This document shows, one piece after another, positions 12,801-25,149 of a stretch of 64,000 nt of DNA (its first letter is position 1; each line of letters starts with the position of its first letter). The stretch covers positions 87,916,001 to 87,980,000 of the forward strand of contig JBNRSN020000013.1 of NCBI GenBank assembly GCA_051313645.2, read 5' to 3'. A program made the position numbers and the translations under genes. The notes below the pieces were generated by a model, which was not told the DNA's origin, did not search any database, and saw only the letters and a list, made by a program, of their open reading frames with translations. The DNA is from Centroscyllium fabricii (Eukaryota).

Positions 12801-13509
12801 CAAAATATTCGTTTACCAATGTTATGAATTCCGAAAACGAAGTCTATGTTAGAGCTTGTTAGCTTTTCTTTACAGCCCATGTTGCCGTGGTTGGTGCAGT
12901 AAGGTGTGGTGAGATGTTCTCTGCTGACCAGGTGCAGTGACTTACTGCTGTGTGACTCCGCTCTGCCAGCAGAGGACACTACAGCGTGTTTAATGTCTCA
13001 AATGTGTACAACAGTAATCCAAGCGAAAGGGGCCGTTCGGGGCAACTGAGAGCCACGAGTCCCCGAGTTGTAATTAACTACTCGAATGCCGAGCCTGTGG
13101 AAATGTAGCCACGTGGAGTTAAGTAGATACTTTACTGCAAAATAATACCTCATTTGTAAGGAAGATTTTGTACCTGTATCTGTCCTAAAGCCAGTTAATT
13201 CGATTACATTATATAGCGACACTACCGTTTATCTTGTTAATGCAATTATTTATTTCCGTAAACTTATAATCGTATTGCTTTCCTTGGCGTGATCGGGATT
13301 TTTACAGGATTTGAACGCTCTAATTCTGTTACGAATTTATTAACATTTTTCTGAGACGCCCTTCAGGGAATCCAAGAATAATTGTGAAAGCCGTCGAAGA
13401 TGAATGTGAATGATTTAGTGTCCATCGATCGGTTCTAGTAACGTTGCCGATTTTATTTACAATGATGAATGCTGATTTAATAGGAGATTGCCTGAGAATA
13501 CCTGTAACT

Positions 13510-16500
13510 GTAGAGTTTTCTGAAGATGTAACTAGCAGGGTAGATAATGGGGAACCAATGGATGCATATTTGGATTTCCAAAAGGCATTTGATAAGGTGC
13601 CACGTAAAAGGTTGTTGCGCAAGATATGGGCTCATGGGGTTGGGGTAATATATTAGCATGGATAGAGGATTGGTTAACAGACAGAAAACAGAGAGTAGGG
13701 ATAAATAGGTCATTTTCCAGTTGGTAGGCTGTAACTAGTTGGGTGCCACAAGGATTTGGGCTTCAGCTATTTACCGAGCAAGGTGGGAAGAGGACACAAA
13801 GAGCCTGCAAAGGAATATAAACAGGTTAAGTGAGTGGGCGATAAGGTGGCAGATGGAGTATAATGTGGGGAATTGTGAAATTATTCAGTTTGGTAGGAAG
13901 AATAGAAAAACACTTTTTTTTTAAATGATGGGAAACTATTAAATGGTGTTCAGAGAAATGTAGGTGTCCTTGTGCAGGAAACAGAGCGTGTGTACAATGT
14001 GTACAGGAGTCCTTTCTAACTCAATATGTAAGAAGCCCGACAAGGGAGGATTCACTATTGGATCCAGTAATGAGGAATGAACCAGAGCAGATAAGAGAAG
14101 TAAAAGTAGGGGAACATCTAGGCAATAGTGACCATAATATAATACGCTTTAAGATAATAATTGAGAAGGACATAAGTATGATGAAGATGAGGGTAATAGA
14201 TTGGAGAAAAGATGATTTTGAGGGGCTGAGAATAGAACTTGGGAAAATTAAATGGGCAACAATATTGCAAACAATTATATAGAACAACAATGGGAAACAT
14301 TTAAAATGGTGTTCAACAGAATCTAGGAAAATGGATTCCGCTATAAAACAAGAACAACATAAACACTAATGAGACACCATAGATGAATAAAGACATGAGA
14401 AAATTTCAGGGTAAGGAAAGAGGCATATACTGAGTACATGGACAGCAGGGGAGAGCATGACTAGGGAGAATATGAAGAGCTTAGGAGAGAAGTAAAAACA
14501 AATTAGGAAGGCAAAGGGGAGCTATGAAATTTAATTATCAAGGAACATAAAGTAAAATAGTAAAATATTCTACGGGCACATAAATAAAAAAAGGAAGGTT
14601 GGGATAAGAATAGGGTCACTAAGGGATGGGCAGGATGAAATCTTAGGCAGCAATAGAGAAATGGCAGAAATATTAAATAATTACTTTACCTCCGTATTTA
14701 CCAGGGAGACATCAGACCCCAGGTGTACATGACATCAGATGTTGAAATTAGAAATAAGATAATGGCATTTAAAATAAAAGGAGGGGAAATATTAAATAAA
14801 CAAATCAAACTCAAAGAGGACAAACCCCTGGTCCAGATAGATTACATCTGCGGATTTTAAAAGAATCTTGGAAAGAGATAGCAGAGGCACTATTAAATAT
14901 ATTTAATAATTCATTAGAAAAAGGTGTGTCAGAGGACTGGTGAATAGTTAGCATAATACCTATATTTAAGAAGGGCGATAGAACATGTCCAGGGAACTAT
15001 AGACCAGTCAGCTTAACATCAATGGTAGGAAAATAATGGAATCCCTACTAAAGGAGAAAATAGAAAAACATCTAGAAACCAAAAATATAATAATGAATAG
15101 TCAGTATGGATTTAAAAATGGAAAGTTTTGCTTGACCAACCTCATTGCATTTTTTGAAGAGGTAACAGAGATTAGACAAGGGTAATACAGTAGATGTAAT
15201 TTTTGTAGATTTTCAAAAGGCCTTCAATAAGGTACCACATAATAGACTAATGAATAAGGTCAGAGAATGTGGAGCCAGGGGAGAAGTAGCAGAATGGATA
15301 GCTAGCTGGCTTCAAGACAGAAAGTAGAGAGTAGGGTTAATGGGTAGCTATTCACAGTGGCAGAAGGTGGGTAGTGGTGTTCCACAAGGATCAGTGCTGG
15401 GACCACTGTTGTTCATAATTTATATTAACAATTTAGACTTCGGAATCACAAACACAATTTCTAAATTTGCGGCCAACATCAAATTGGGTGGGGTGGTGGG
15501 TGGTGGTGGGGGGGGAGGAGGAGTCAATACTGAGGAGGACTGCTAGAAATTACATGAAGACTTTAATAAACTTGCAGATTGGGCATATAATTGGCAAATG
15601 AAATTCAACACAGATAAATGTGAGATGTTACATTTTGGTAAGAAAAATAGGTGGTCACATATTATTTGGAAAATAAGAATCTAAATGGGGTAGAGGAGCA
15701 AAGGGATCTCGGAGTACAAATACACAAATAGTGACGCAGTTTAATAAGGCCATAAAAGAAAGCAAGCCAAGCACCAGGGTTTATTTCTTAGAAACATAGA
15801 AACATAGAAACCAGGAGCAGGAGTAGGCCATTCGGCCCTTCGAGCCTGCTCCGCCATTCAATGAGATCATGGCTGATCATCCAAACCCAGTATCCCGCCC
15901 TGCCCTCTCCCCATATCCCTCGATCCCTATCGAGCCTGCATCAACACATATCCCACCCTATCCCCGTAACCCCACATATTCAATCCCCCTAACACTAAGG
16001 GTCAATTTATCCTGGCCAATCAACCTAACCCGCACATCTTTGGACTGTGGGAGGAAACCCACGCAGACACGGGGAGAATGTGCAAACTCCACACAGATAG
16101 TACCCGAGGCTGGATTTGAACCCGGGTCTCCAGTGCTGTGAGGCAACAATGCTAACCACTGTGCCACCGTGCCGCCCTATCTCAAGGGATAGAATTGAAA
16201 AGTAGAGAATTTGTGTTAAACTCGCATCAAACTTTGATTAGACCACACTTGGAGTACTGTGTACAATTCTGGTCGCCATATTACAAAAAGGATGTAGAGG
16301 CACTGGAGAGGCTGCAAAAAAATATTTGCAAGGATGATACCAGAAATGCGAGGGTATACCCATCTGGAAAGAATGAACAGGCTGGGTCTCTTTTCTCTTG
16401 AAAAGCAATGGCTGAGGGGTGACCTAATCAAGGTCCTTAAAATTATGAAAGGTTTTGATAATGGTGGATACAGAGAGAATGTTTCCACTTGTGGGGAAGA

Positions 16501-17462
16501 GCAAAACCAAAGCTAGCAATATAAGATAGTCATCAAGAAATCCAATAGGGAATTCAGAAGAAATGTCTTTTCCCAAAGAGTGGTGAGAATGTGGAACTCA
16601 CCACCACAGGGAGTGGTTGAAGCGAATAATATAGATGCATTGATGGGGAGGCTGGATAAGCATGTGAGGGAGAAGGGAATAGAGGGTTATGCTGATCGAG
16701 TTAGGTGAGGAAAGACGAGAGGAGGCTCGACTGGACCGTGGACTGGTTGGATCGAATGGTCTGTTTCTGTGCTGTATATCCTATGTAATCCTATGAGTTA
16801 GCGTGCATGTACAGCAAGCAATTAGGAAGGTAAATGGCATGTTGCCTTTATTACAAGGGGGTTGGAGTACAAGAATAAGGACGTTTTGCTGCAATTGTAC
16901 AGGGCTTTGGGGAGACCACACCTGGAGTACTGTGCACAGTTTTGGTCTCCTTATCTGAGGAAGGACATACTTGCCATAGAGACGGCGCAATGAAGGTTCA
17001 CTAGATTGATTCCTGGGATGAGAGGGTTGGCCTGTGAGGAGAGATTGGGCCGATACTCTGGAGTTTAGAAGAATGAGAGGTGATCTCATTGAAGCATGTA
17101 AGACGCTGAGGAGATTGACAGGGTAGATGCTGAGAGGTTGTTTCCCGGGCTGGAGAGTCTAGAACTTGGGGGCATAGTCTCAGGGTAGGGGTTCGGCCAT
17201 TTAAGACTGAGGAGGAATTTCTTCACTCAGAGGGTAATGCATCTTTGGAATTCTCTACCCCACAGGGCTGTGGATGCTGAATCGTTGAGTATATTCAAAG
17301 CTGAGATCGATAGATTTTTGGACTCTCTGGGAATCAAGGGATATGGAGATGGGCAGGCAAGCGGAGTTGAGGCCGATGATCAGCCATGATTTTATTGAAT
17401 GGCCGAGCAGGCTGGAGGGGGCGTATGGCCTACTCCTGCTCCTAATTCTTATGTTCTCATGT
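13510..17462 (+). mobile_element. Nested CR1 cluster: CR1-A (13510-13995 and 16795-17462) split by CR1-B (~14005-16795)
   Basis: RT remnants EDVTSRVDNGEPMD..LDFQKAFDKVP, SGVPQGSVLGPLLFIIYINNLD, RPHLEYCVQFWSP. Two separate 3' tails (16781-16795, ~17450-17462). CR1-A resumes after CR1-B at about the position where it was broken. Confidence 0.8.
15789..16177 (-). mobile_element. HE1-type V-SINE (tail type 2) inserted in CR1-B
   Basis: Reverse complement of the GGGCGGCACGGTGGCACAGTGG head, V-domain, and (TTTCTATG)n tail. Confidence 0.92.
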
Positions 17463-17530
17463 AATACTGGAGACCGCCTGAGTATATCTGTAACACTGGG
17501 AACTGACTGAGTATATCTGTAACACCGGAG
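17460..17530 (+). repeat. 29-bp tandem repeat, ~2.5 copies
   Basis: TGTAA(T/C)ACTGG..CTGAGTATATC repeated at 17460 and 17489, partial at 17518. Confidence 0.7.
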
Positions 17531-19945
17531 TCTCTGGCTATCTGAAACAAATTGGAGGGGAAAACCAGCGGTTCCCGTTTGATCTAGGATATTTTAATAG
17601 ATACTAAAAGTTCACTCGAGGGTGTAACCCCAGACAAAGCACTAGGGAGCAGGGGCTCGCCTCTTTGTAACCCTTTAATGCCGGTCAAAGTTACAGTCCA
17701 ATACACTTCAGTATTGAGTCAATTTCATTAGTAATAACGACGCTCACTAACTGCACTGAACAATTACATGGCGTTAAAGATTTCATTAAATGTCTGATTA
17801 AACAATAATTGCCCGAGTAACACTGTGCCGATAGTAAAATGCTCACTTTGCAAATTCTGTAAGATAACGAGTTGGAAAAATACAGTTTCTGGCCGTATTG
17901 AGTCTTTTTAAAAGTTTAGCTGCGACCATACGCCCGTGAATTGTCAAAGTGTAATAAAACGAAACAAATCTGATGAAATATCACCGTTAAAACGTTTTAA
18001 TAATTAATACTCAATATTTCAAAGTACGTGAGTATTAAATGAACAGAACTATAATGGTAAAGCCTAGATAATCATCTAATTAATGTTGTAAATAAAGTCC
18101 CCTAATTGCCGATGGAAATTCAACAGCCGCCGCGGTCTCTAACCCTAGCTTTCTTGGTTCTCATGTATTCGTTCTCACTGGTTGGAGACTCCGCTCAGCG
18201 ATAGATGAGGCGTGCTGTGTTCAAACAGCAACGTTTTCAATCAACTGCGTTGGTCGCCGATCAAAGGTGTAACGATTCTGTGGGCCAGACTGTCCCCATC
18301 AACCGACAGAGATGAAAATACACGTTTTCTGTTGCACTACACAATAAATGGGCGATCACTGTAAATGTAAACTGTGACGGTCAAAATCAATAAATCGCCA
18401 GCACCCCCGATAATTAGATATCGGGAAACGCGCGGGCAAAGATTAGCACGACTGGGCTGGCAAAGATATTCAGCAAGTTGGGTCTGTTACATGTCCAGAA
18501 CCGGGAGCAGCGGGAATACACTCCAGGCTCTTCAGGTTAGAACTAACCTGGGATTTGCAAAGAAAATCCGTTAAATTTACGAAGACTAATTTAAAAAAAA
18601 CACAATTGCGGTATTTTTATTTTGTAAATCATCTCTTTGATTCAGCCAAGGGTTGGTTAAAAGGGGAATAAAAGTATGGTTTGCATTTGAAAACACGTGA
18701 GACAGATGTTAATGTTAATGAAGAAAAGATCAGTGTGGACGATTTATGTTATCCCGATGTTTGTACGAGACGCATAGTTTGTCTGAGCAAACACACATCC
18801 ATTAGATTCCGCAACAGTATTATTGCAACAGCCAGTTACCGAATCCAGATCCATGAGCCGAGGGTGCAGCCAGGCTCTGTAAGGTATGATTACTCCAACA
18901 ACTGTACAGTGATGCAAATCCGAACCGGTTCTACCGCTGGATTGTCGGCCTGGCCATAAAGATCTGATATTTCGGGACGATATTCGATCCAGATCGCGGT
19001 TCCTATTCAACCTGAGATGAAGTTGTTCCAGTGAAAGAAAGCTAAAACACTTTCTGAATGAATGTCCCCTGACTTCCTTCGATCCGTGGTGCGTGTCATT
19101 AATTTAACCCGGGGACAGAATGTACAAGTATTAATGTTCAATGTGGCTTAAGCTTTAGGAAAGCGGAATTTTCCTGACCCGCCTACGATCCAAACAGGGG
19201 GGAACACTGTTAGTTTCATTTAGTTCCAGGTAAACCTGCCTGGCTATTTTGAGCTGAGCCAGGAGACTTTACTTCCTTTGATCTGATGGGGCCGGCTGGC
19301 CCATATAATCTAAAGAATACTCTTGGTTTCATTAATTCCACTTTTTCTATGTAAAAAAAAAACCAAATTCCAAGAACAATCTTCCGCTCTCGGTTCTTGA
19401 CGAAGCTTTTGAACATCACCCAGGCGGGTAGCTTCGCTCTCCGTGTTAACAGCGATCAAAACAGAAATCAGGTCATTGTGTGCCTGGGCTGGAGTTTCCA
19501 CAGGCCGAGAGCTACAATAAACAATTTATTAACTTTCAACAGGAACACGCGCGACCGGGAAGAGGGGACTTTTATTTGGGATACATTTTGCTTGACGCCT
19601 TCAAGGGCCTCGGAAAACTGGCATTTGATTATTATGATCCATCCATCATGTAGAATTGACAGAAATGCGGTTGATGTTTATTCTGCTAGGTTGGGCTGTA
19701 ACTTTACTCTGGAATTTTTATATTCGGATTCGGCAATCCCCTCGCCAACATTAGAAATACACAGAGCCGAGAATAAAAGGTGCCTGAGAAAAGGTTCGAA
19801 GGTCGGAGACGAATCCGGGCTTCTAATGTCAGACCAGCAGGAGCTGAACCTTCAGATCCCGTCCTTGGCGCTCAGCCTTACCATCACTCTCCATTTCAGA
19901 ACTTCACTTTTTTAGATTGTATAAACAGAGATAACCCGAGAACTG

Positions 19946-20167
19946 AAACAACAACAGAAAATGCTGGAAAAACTCAGCAGGCCAGGCAACATCCGTGGAG
20001 AGAAATAGTCGACGTTTCGGGTTCGGACCCTTTGTCAAGACTTGTCAGTCTGAACCCATAACGTTGTCTCTCTTTCTCTCCACGGATGTTGCCTGGCCTG
20101 CTGAGTTTTTTTCAGCATTTTCTGTTGTTATTTCGGATTTCCAGCATCCGCAGTATTTTCCTATTAT
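19946..20167 (+). mobile_element. Penelope-like fold-back insertion (family A) with a minus-strand hammerhead motif at 20007-20042
   Basis: ~75-bp inverted arms; 15-bp TSD ATAACCC(G/A)AGAACTG at 19931-19945 and 20168-20182; PLE-type end GATTTCCAGCATCCGCAGTATTTT. Confidence 0.85.
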
Positions 20168-20381
20168 ATAACCCAAGAACTGGCCTAGGTCGAAAAGCAC
20201 GTAGCCCAGGCCATCATTCAGCATAGACCAACAAAAAACAACGAACTGGTTATTCGTTCGTTTACTGTGTGTGAGCCCTGCTGGGCGCAAGCTGGCCGCG
20301 CCGATTGCTGTATCACAGTGACTGCACTTCCAAAAGCAACCATTGCTTGTCAAGGTCTTTGGGACGTCCTTGGGATCTATT

Positions 20382-20667
20382 AATGCAAGAAGTCACACAA
20401 CACCAGATTATAGTCCAACAGTTTTATTTTAAATCACAAGCTTTCGGAGCTTTTGCCCCTTCGTCAGGTGAAAGAGAGACTGACTTAAAGAACGCACATA
20501 TGGGAGGGAGGGAGAGATCCGATTCTTTAAGTCAGTCTCTTTTTCACCTGACGAAGGGGCAAAAGCTCCGAAAGCTTGTGATTTAAAATAAAACTTGAAC
20601 TATAATCTGGTGTTGTGTGACTTCTTGCATTTGTCCACCCCAGTCCAACACCGGCACCTCCACATCA
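20382..20667 (+). mobile_element. Penelope-like fold-back insertion (family B) with hammerhead motifs on both strands
   Basis: ~110-bp inverted arms (20382-20492, 20523-20631); 11-bp TSD TGGGATCTATT at 20371-20381 and 20668-20678; TCAC-CTGACGA-A-GGGGC-AAAA-GCTCC-GAAAGCTT-GTGA at 20544-20581; inserted in a Deu-SINE tail. Confidence 0.88.
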
Positions 20668-20997
20668 TGGGATCTATTCAGACGCTGCATAGATGTAGTT
20701 TCTCTCTTTCTTTAGATGCAAGTAGAATGCGATGCTGCGAACATATCCCGCCAAACCATTGAGTACCACGCGGGGCTGCTTGAAATCTAAGCTTGTGCTG
20801 CGGCAATGGCGCAGAGAGCCCTGCACCAATGGGCTTTGCCTGGAGCCCACCGCCAGGCACAGTGATTGCCTTGGTGCCATTCACTACTGCTTGGTGCCCA
20901 GTGTCACACCATATAAATGGCATATTTGTGAAGATGTATCCCTTCGAGCTTAGCGATGGAGAGTCTGACGGGCCGAGCTCCATGCCATCATAACTAA

Positions 20998-21205
20998 CGA
21001 GTCTGGAACTCGCTGCCTGAAAGGGTGGTAGAGGCAGGAACCCTCACAACATTCAAGAAGCATTTAGATGAGCACTTGAAATGCCATAGCATACAAGGCT
21101 ACGGGCCAAGTGCTGGAAAATGGGATTAAAATAGACAGGGCTTGATGGCCGGCGTGGACACGATGGGCCGAAGGGCCTCTTTCTGTGCTGTAAAACTCTA
21201 TGACA
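20998..21205 (+). mobile_element. CR1 3' fragment
   Basis: WNSLPERVVEAGTLTTFKKHLDEHL..GYGPSAGKWD followed by a CR1 3' UTR. Confidence 0.88.
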
Positions 21206-21314
21206 CTGTCAGCTGTGACATCGCCATCACGGGAAAACGTCTCCAACTTTATTTTGAGTGTAGATTTTAAAGTAACGACAGTCTTTCGATTTCGCAATAG
21301 TTTTGTGACATAAT

Positions 21315-21549
21315 GTCCAAAGATGTGCGGGTTAGGTTGATTGGCCATGATAAATTGACCCTTAGTGTTAGGGGGATTGATTACGGGGATAGGGTGGGAT
21401 ATGTGTCGGTGCAGGCTCGATAGGGATCGAGGGATATGGGGACAAGGCAGGGACAAGGTACTGAGTTTGGATGATCAGCCATGATCTCATTGAATGGCGG
21501 AGCAGGCTCGAAGGGCCGAATGGCCTACTCCTGCTCCTATCTTCTATGT
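21315..21549 (+). mobile_element. 5'-truncated HE1-type SINE (tail type 2)
   Basis: GTCCAAAGATGTGCGGGTTAGG through to CTATCTTCTATGTTT, nearly identical to 35921-36170. Confidence 0.88.
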
Positions 21550-21950
21550 TTATAATTAAAATTAATTCAGGAGACCATGAATATGGAAATTATCCCGTGA
21601 TTATTACATCATTATATATCCTGCCGACAATTCTATTACTCGTGAATTCAGTGGCCATGTCGCCGTTCGCTATTTTCAATATTCCATAGTTTCCGGGCCA
21701 ACCTCCACTCTATAATGTTTAGAAGGACCGCAGGCACGAACATAGCAGCTGTTGAATTAACATGAAGGAAAAGAATGCAGTTGCGGAAAAAAAGGTCCTG
21801 TAAAACTGGTCGAATTTTCTGTATCAAAAAAACCCTCATTGCATGGCACCGAAAGGAAAGCATCCATCTATAGAACACAATGAAATATTAGGAAGGGTCT
21901 TCGGGACACACAGATGTTGGGCGTCACCCGCCACCAAACTCTATCCATGT

Positions 21951-22051
21951 TCTGACGAAGGGTCCCAGACCTGAAACGTTAACTCGGTTTCTCTCTCCAC
22001 GGATGTTGCCTGGCCCGCTGAGTATTTCCAGCGTTTTCTGTTGTTATTTCG
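21951..22051 (+). mobile_element. Short Penelope-like 3' end (family A) starting at a hammerhead core
   Basis: GTT-CTGACGA-AG-GGTC-CCA-GACC-T-GAAACGTT-AAC at 21949-21983; 14-bp TSD TCTATCCA(T/C)GTTCT at 21940-21953 and 22052-22065. Confidence 0.82.
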
Positions 22052-22193
22052 TCTATCCACGTTCTATTCTGCTGGTTGTGAAGGGATTCTGGTGTTTATT
22101 TTGTTTCTGGGGTTTATGTCTGGTCTCTGATAATGGCTAACAATCCAACTAAAATAGGGTTAATTCAAAAATTACAAAACTAAAGGGATAGTT

Positions 22194-23625
22194 AAATATA
22201 TATACATGTATTAATAGACATTACAAATACATGTATAACTGAATATAGTATACACAAATAGAAACGCATATATATATAAATATATAATTCAGTTTTACAC
22301 AGCATGCCTATGTATTAGAGACAGTTATACATTTTATTAGCTCTGGAATGTGATGTAATGAATTGTAAAACTGTCCGAAACACCTCCAATGATTAATGTG
22401 CGGATTGTTCAGATCCCGGCCAATAACGCGATCATATTACAATCATTAGCACAGATTATTATATCCGCGCAGAACACTGTGATCCTATTTCTGTGTTTTA
22501 CACTAATAACTAATCCCACATCTTCAAGGCTCTCTTTGGGCGCTGTTGTATTTTTGTTTGCATCACCAGTCCAGATATGGTCAGATATGTCCGCTTCTTA
22601 CAGATGTATTTTTAAATGACATTTCACAGAGCTTGAAAGAATAATCAGAACTCCTAAATTAGATTTAAGAATTAATTCCCAGTTTTTTTAGGTGGGTTTG
22701 TGTGTGTGTGAGAGCGAGCGGGACATTTTGCAACAGTTTATTCTCCTGGTCCTTATAATTATTCTGAAAATACATCGAAAGTGAGAGACGCAAAGCCGAT
22801 CACCCATAATTTGCGGCCAGTTCGGTCTGCTGTCTATCGATATAACCTGCTCTTCAATGACAAGAAATGTAGTAGAGAATACACGCAGGGTGTCTCTCTT
22901 AGCCCTTGAACTCAATATTTAAATCAAAGCCAAATGGAAAAATAAAATAAAAGGTTTCCCGTTTTCTTTGCAGATAATTCTGTAAAAAAAAAATAACGTT
23001 GGGTGAAATGCAATATATTGAAGTAAGAAGGTTGCCCGTATTGGAGGTAGACAGTTTCCCTTCGGTACACTTTCTTAAATCCTTCCTTTCATTAAGTTCT
23101 TAATTTCCTTTCATTGTCTCGGTATCTTTCCATGTCCTTTATTCTCGCTCCCCGGGAACATTGTTGCTGAGTGACACCAACTGAAGGGGGCAAGGTCCTT
23201 GGAGCGGGCAGAGGGGAACATTGGTGGGGCAGTCCAGCCTGCCAGGGAAGAGTAGAGGGACAATATTTAATGGACAATTATTTATTAAGTGGGATTCATT
23301 TTCAGTCATTTAAAACATGCTGAGTATCAGTTGTTATTTGCGAATGGGTATGGGGGAGATGGCAGTGCTGAAGTGATCCCTATTGCAGACTAACATTTTC
23401 TGCTAGACTTTATTTGATGGTTTATTATTGCAGGATATGTGCGCGCACGGCGCATTACACCTTCCGAGCAACAGTCTATATACACAAATATATACACATG
23501 TATTAATAGACATTACAAATACATGTATAACTGAATATAGTATACACAAATAGAAACGCATAAAGATATATATATATCATTCCGTTTTACACAGCCTGCC
23601 TATGTATTAGAGACAGTTATACATT
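22194..23625 (+). repeat. Dispersed 140-bp AT-rich direct repeat (22194-22333 and 23486-23625)
   Basis: Near-identical AAATATATA..CATGTATTAATAGACATTACAAATACATGTATAACTG..AGAGACAGTTATACATT copies offset by 1292 bp. Confidence 0.9.
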
Positions 23626-23940
23626 CGCTATCGGCATTTATTGGTTACCCGCTAGTTTATTTTTCTCCCAGCAGTGATTTAAATTGCTGAATTGAATAAT
23701 TAGAATCTTGATTTGTGGGCTTACTCTGGGTTATTTCCGAACTAAAATGTTTAAATTAAGTAGCAAAAAAAAAATAACAAAACAACTAATAAGATGAACG
23801 GATTAATTTATAAAGACGTTTGTAAGCATAGTGGACAAGCCGAAGCCCGGAGTGTTCCCGCCTGCTCCACTTTCAGGAGAAGGTCTTCAAAAAAAAATGG
23901 GAATTTGAAATCAGGCAGCAAAACCTGCAAATGCTCAGCA

Positions 23941-23994
23941 TGTGTGTGTGTGTGTGTGTGTGTGGTGGGGGGGTGGGGGTGGGGGGGGGGGTGG
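23941..23994 (+). repeat. (TG)n microsatellite followed by G-runs
   Basis: (TG)12 followed by several G-runs separated by single Ts. Confidence 0.85.
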
Positions 23995-25149
23995 CAACGA
24001 GCAGAGCTCTATATCCGAATCGTTAACCTGTCTCTGTACAGGTTCCAATGGCGCTGGCGTGTGTTTCCAGCACTTTTTAAAAATTTAATTTCATTCCTTC
24101 TTGGCGTCAAGGAACAATCAGCACTTTGCCAGTTGAACTGCACACCTTGCCATAGATTCCCAGCGAGGATTAGCTTGAAACTTTGTTTTGCAAATTATTT
24201 GTTTTACTTCATGTTCCTTCCCGTTGGTACACGTACCCCGCAGCAGGGCGGTGAACCTACAGGTTTTTAAATCCGACTGGACTCGCATAGATTTTTAAAA
24301 AAAATCAAACTAATGCTCCTACAAAGTGACCCCATATCCCAAAAGCAAAGTGGATTTCATTAATTGATATAAACATCTTAAAAATACTGAATATTAAGAC
24401 AACTACGGCACACAACATCCGCAGACAACGAATATTAGTTTTCTTCGAAAATAAAATCTAAATTGTATCTTTTCAACAGCGCGGAATAGTCAAGGGAGGC
24501 ATGAATGAGTGGTAAATATTTGGCTGTTTTGGACTTTTTTTTAATTTTTGCCTTTCTATTTGTTTTAATAATTCCTCTAAGCAGTACATAACTCTTCTTG
24601 ATTCATCGAGAACAAAATTAAATCCCGCCGAGAAAGCCCAGAATGCTGCTCCAGTCCTGAGAGTCGGGCCCAATGCACTTTGATGTGCACAATACAGGGG
24701 CCCCGAGGACAACGTCACCTTGCGATATTTCTGGAACGCAGAAGCGTTTCTGCTTTATTTCTCAAACACTATAATTTCGCAGTGTTGTCTCTAGTTCGCT
24801 CTCCTGTTCCAGCTCACCATGGCAAGGGGAAAGAACCACATATGGGAATTAACCACTTCACGGCAGGAAAATAATTCATTAAAAAAATGCAGAAAATGAG
24901 TGTTGCTTCAAAAGTGGCTCAATGTGGTTCCGAACTAAGGTATTCGTTGTCAGCCGCCATCGGTGTCAGAAATGCGCGAGGAAATTGAACAAAATTGTGT
25001 CTAAATTTTGTTCTTGATAGAATTTCCAGCACCAACGTTAGTGTATCAGCAGCAGCCACACGGTTAGTCCTGGATATTTCTGTTCCATTTTAAAACAGTG
25101 CACGATATATGTGGCAGGGGAATGAATGGTAGCGCTTCGAATACAGTTG

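Noticed and set aside
15484-15523. Poly-Gly/Val tract in the ORF at 15340
   Set aside because: Simple G-rich slippage expansion inside a dead CR1.
19397-19915. 172-aa ORF upstream of TBX15 (likewise 23794-24270 and 44642-45160)
   Set aside because: No recognisable homology or exon structure; non-ATG starts, or frames running through microsatellite, SINE or MITE sequence.
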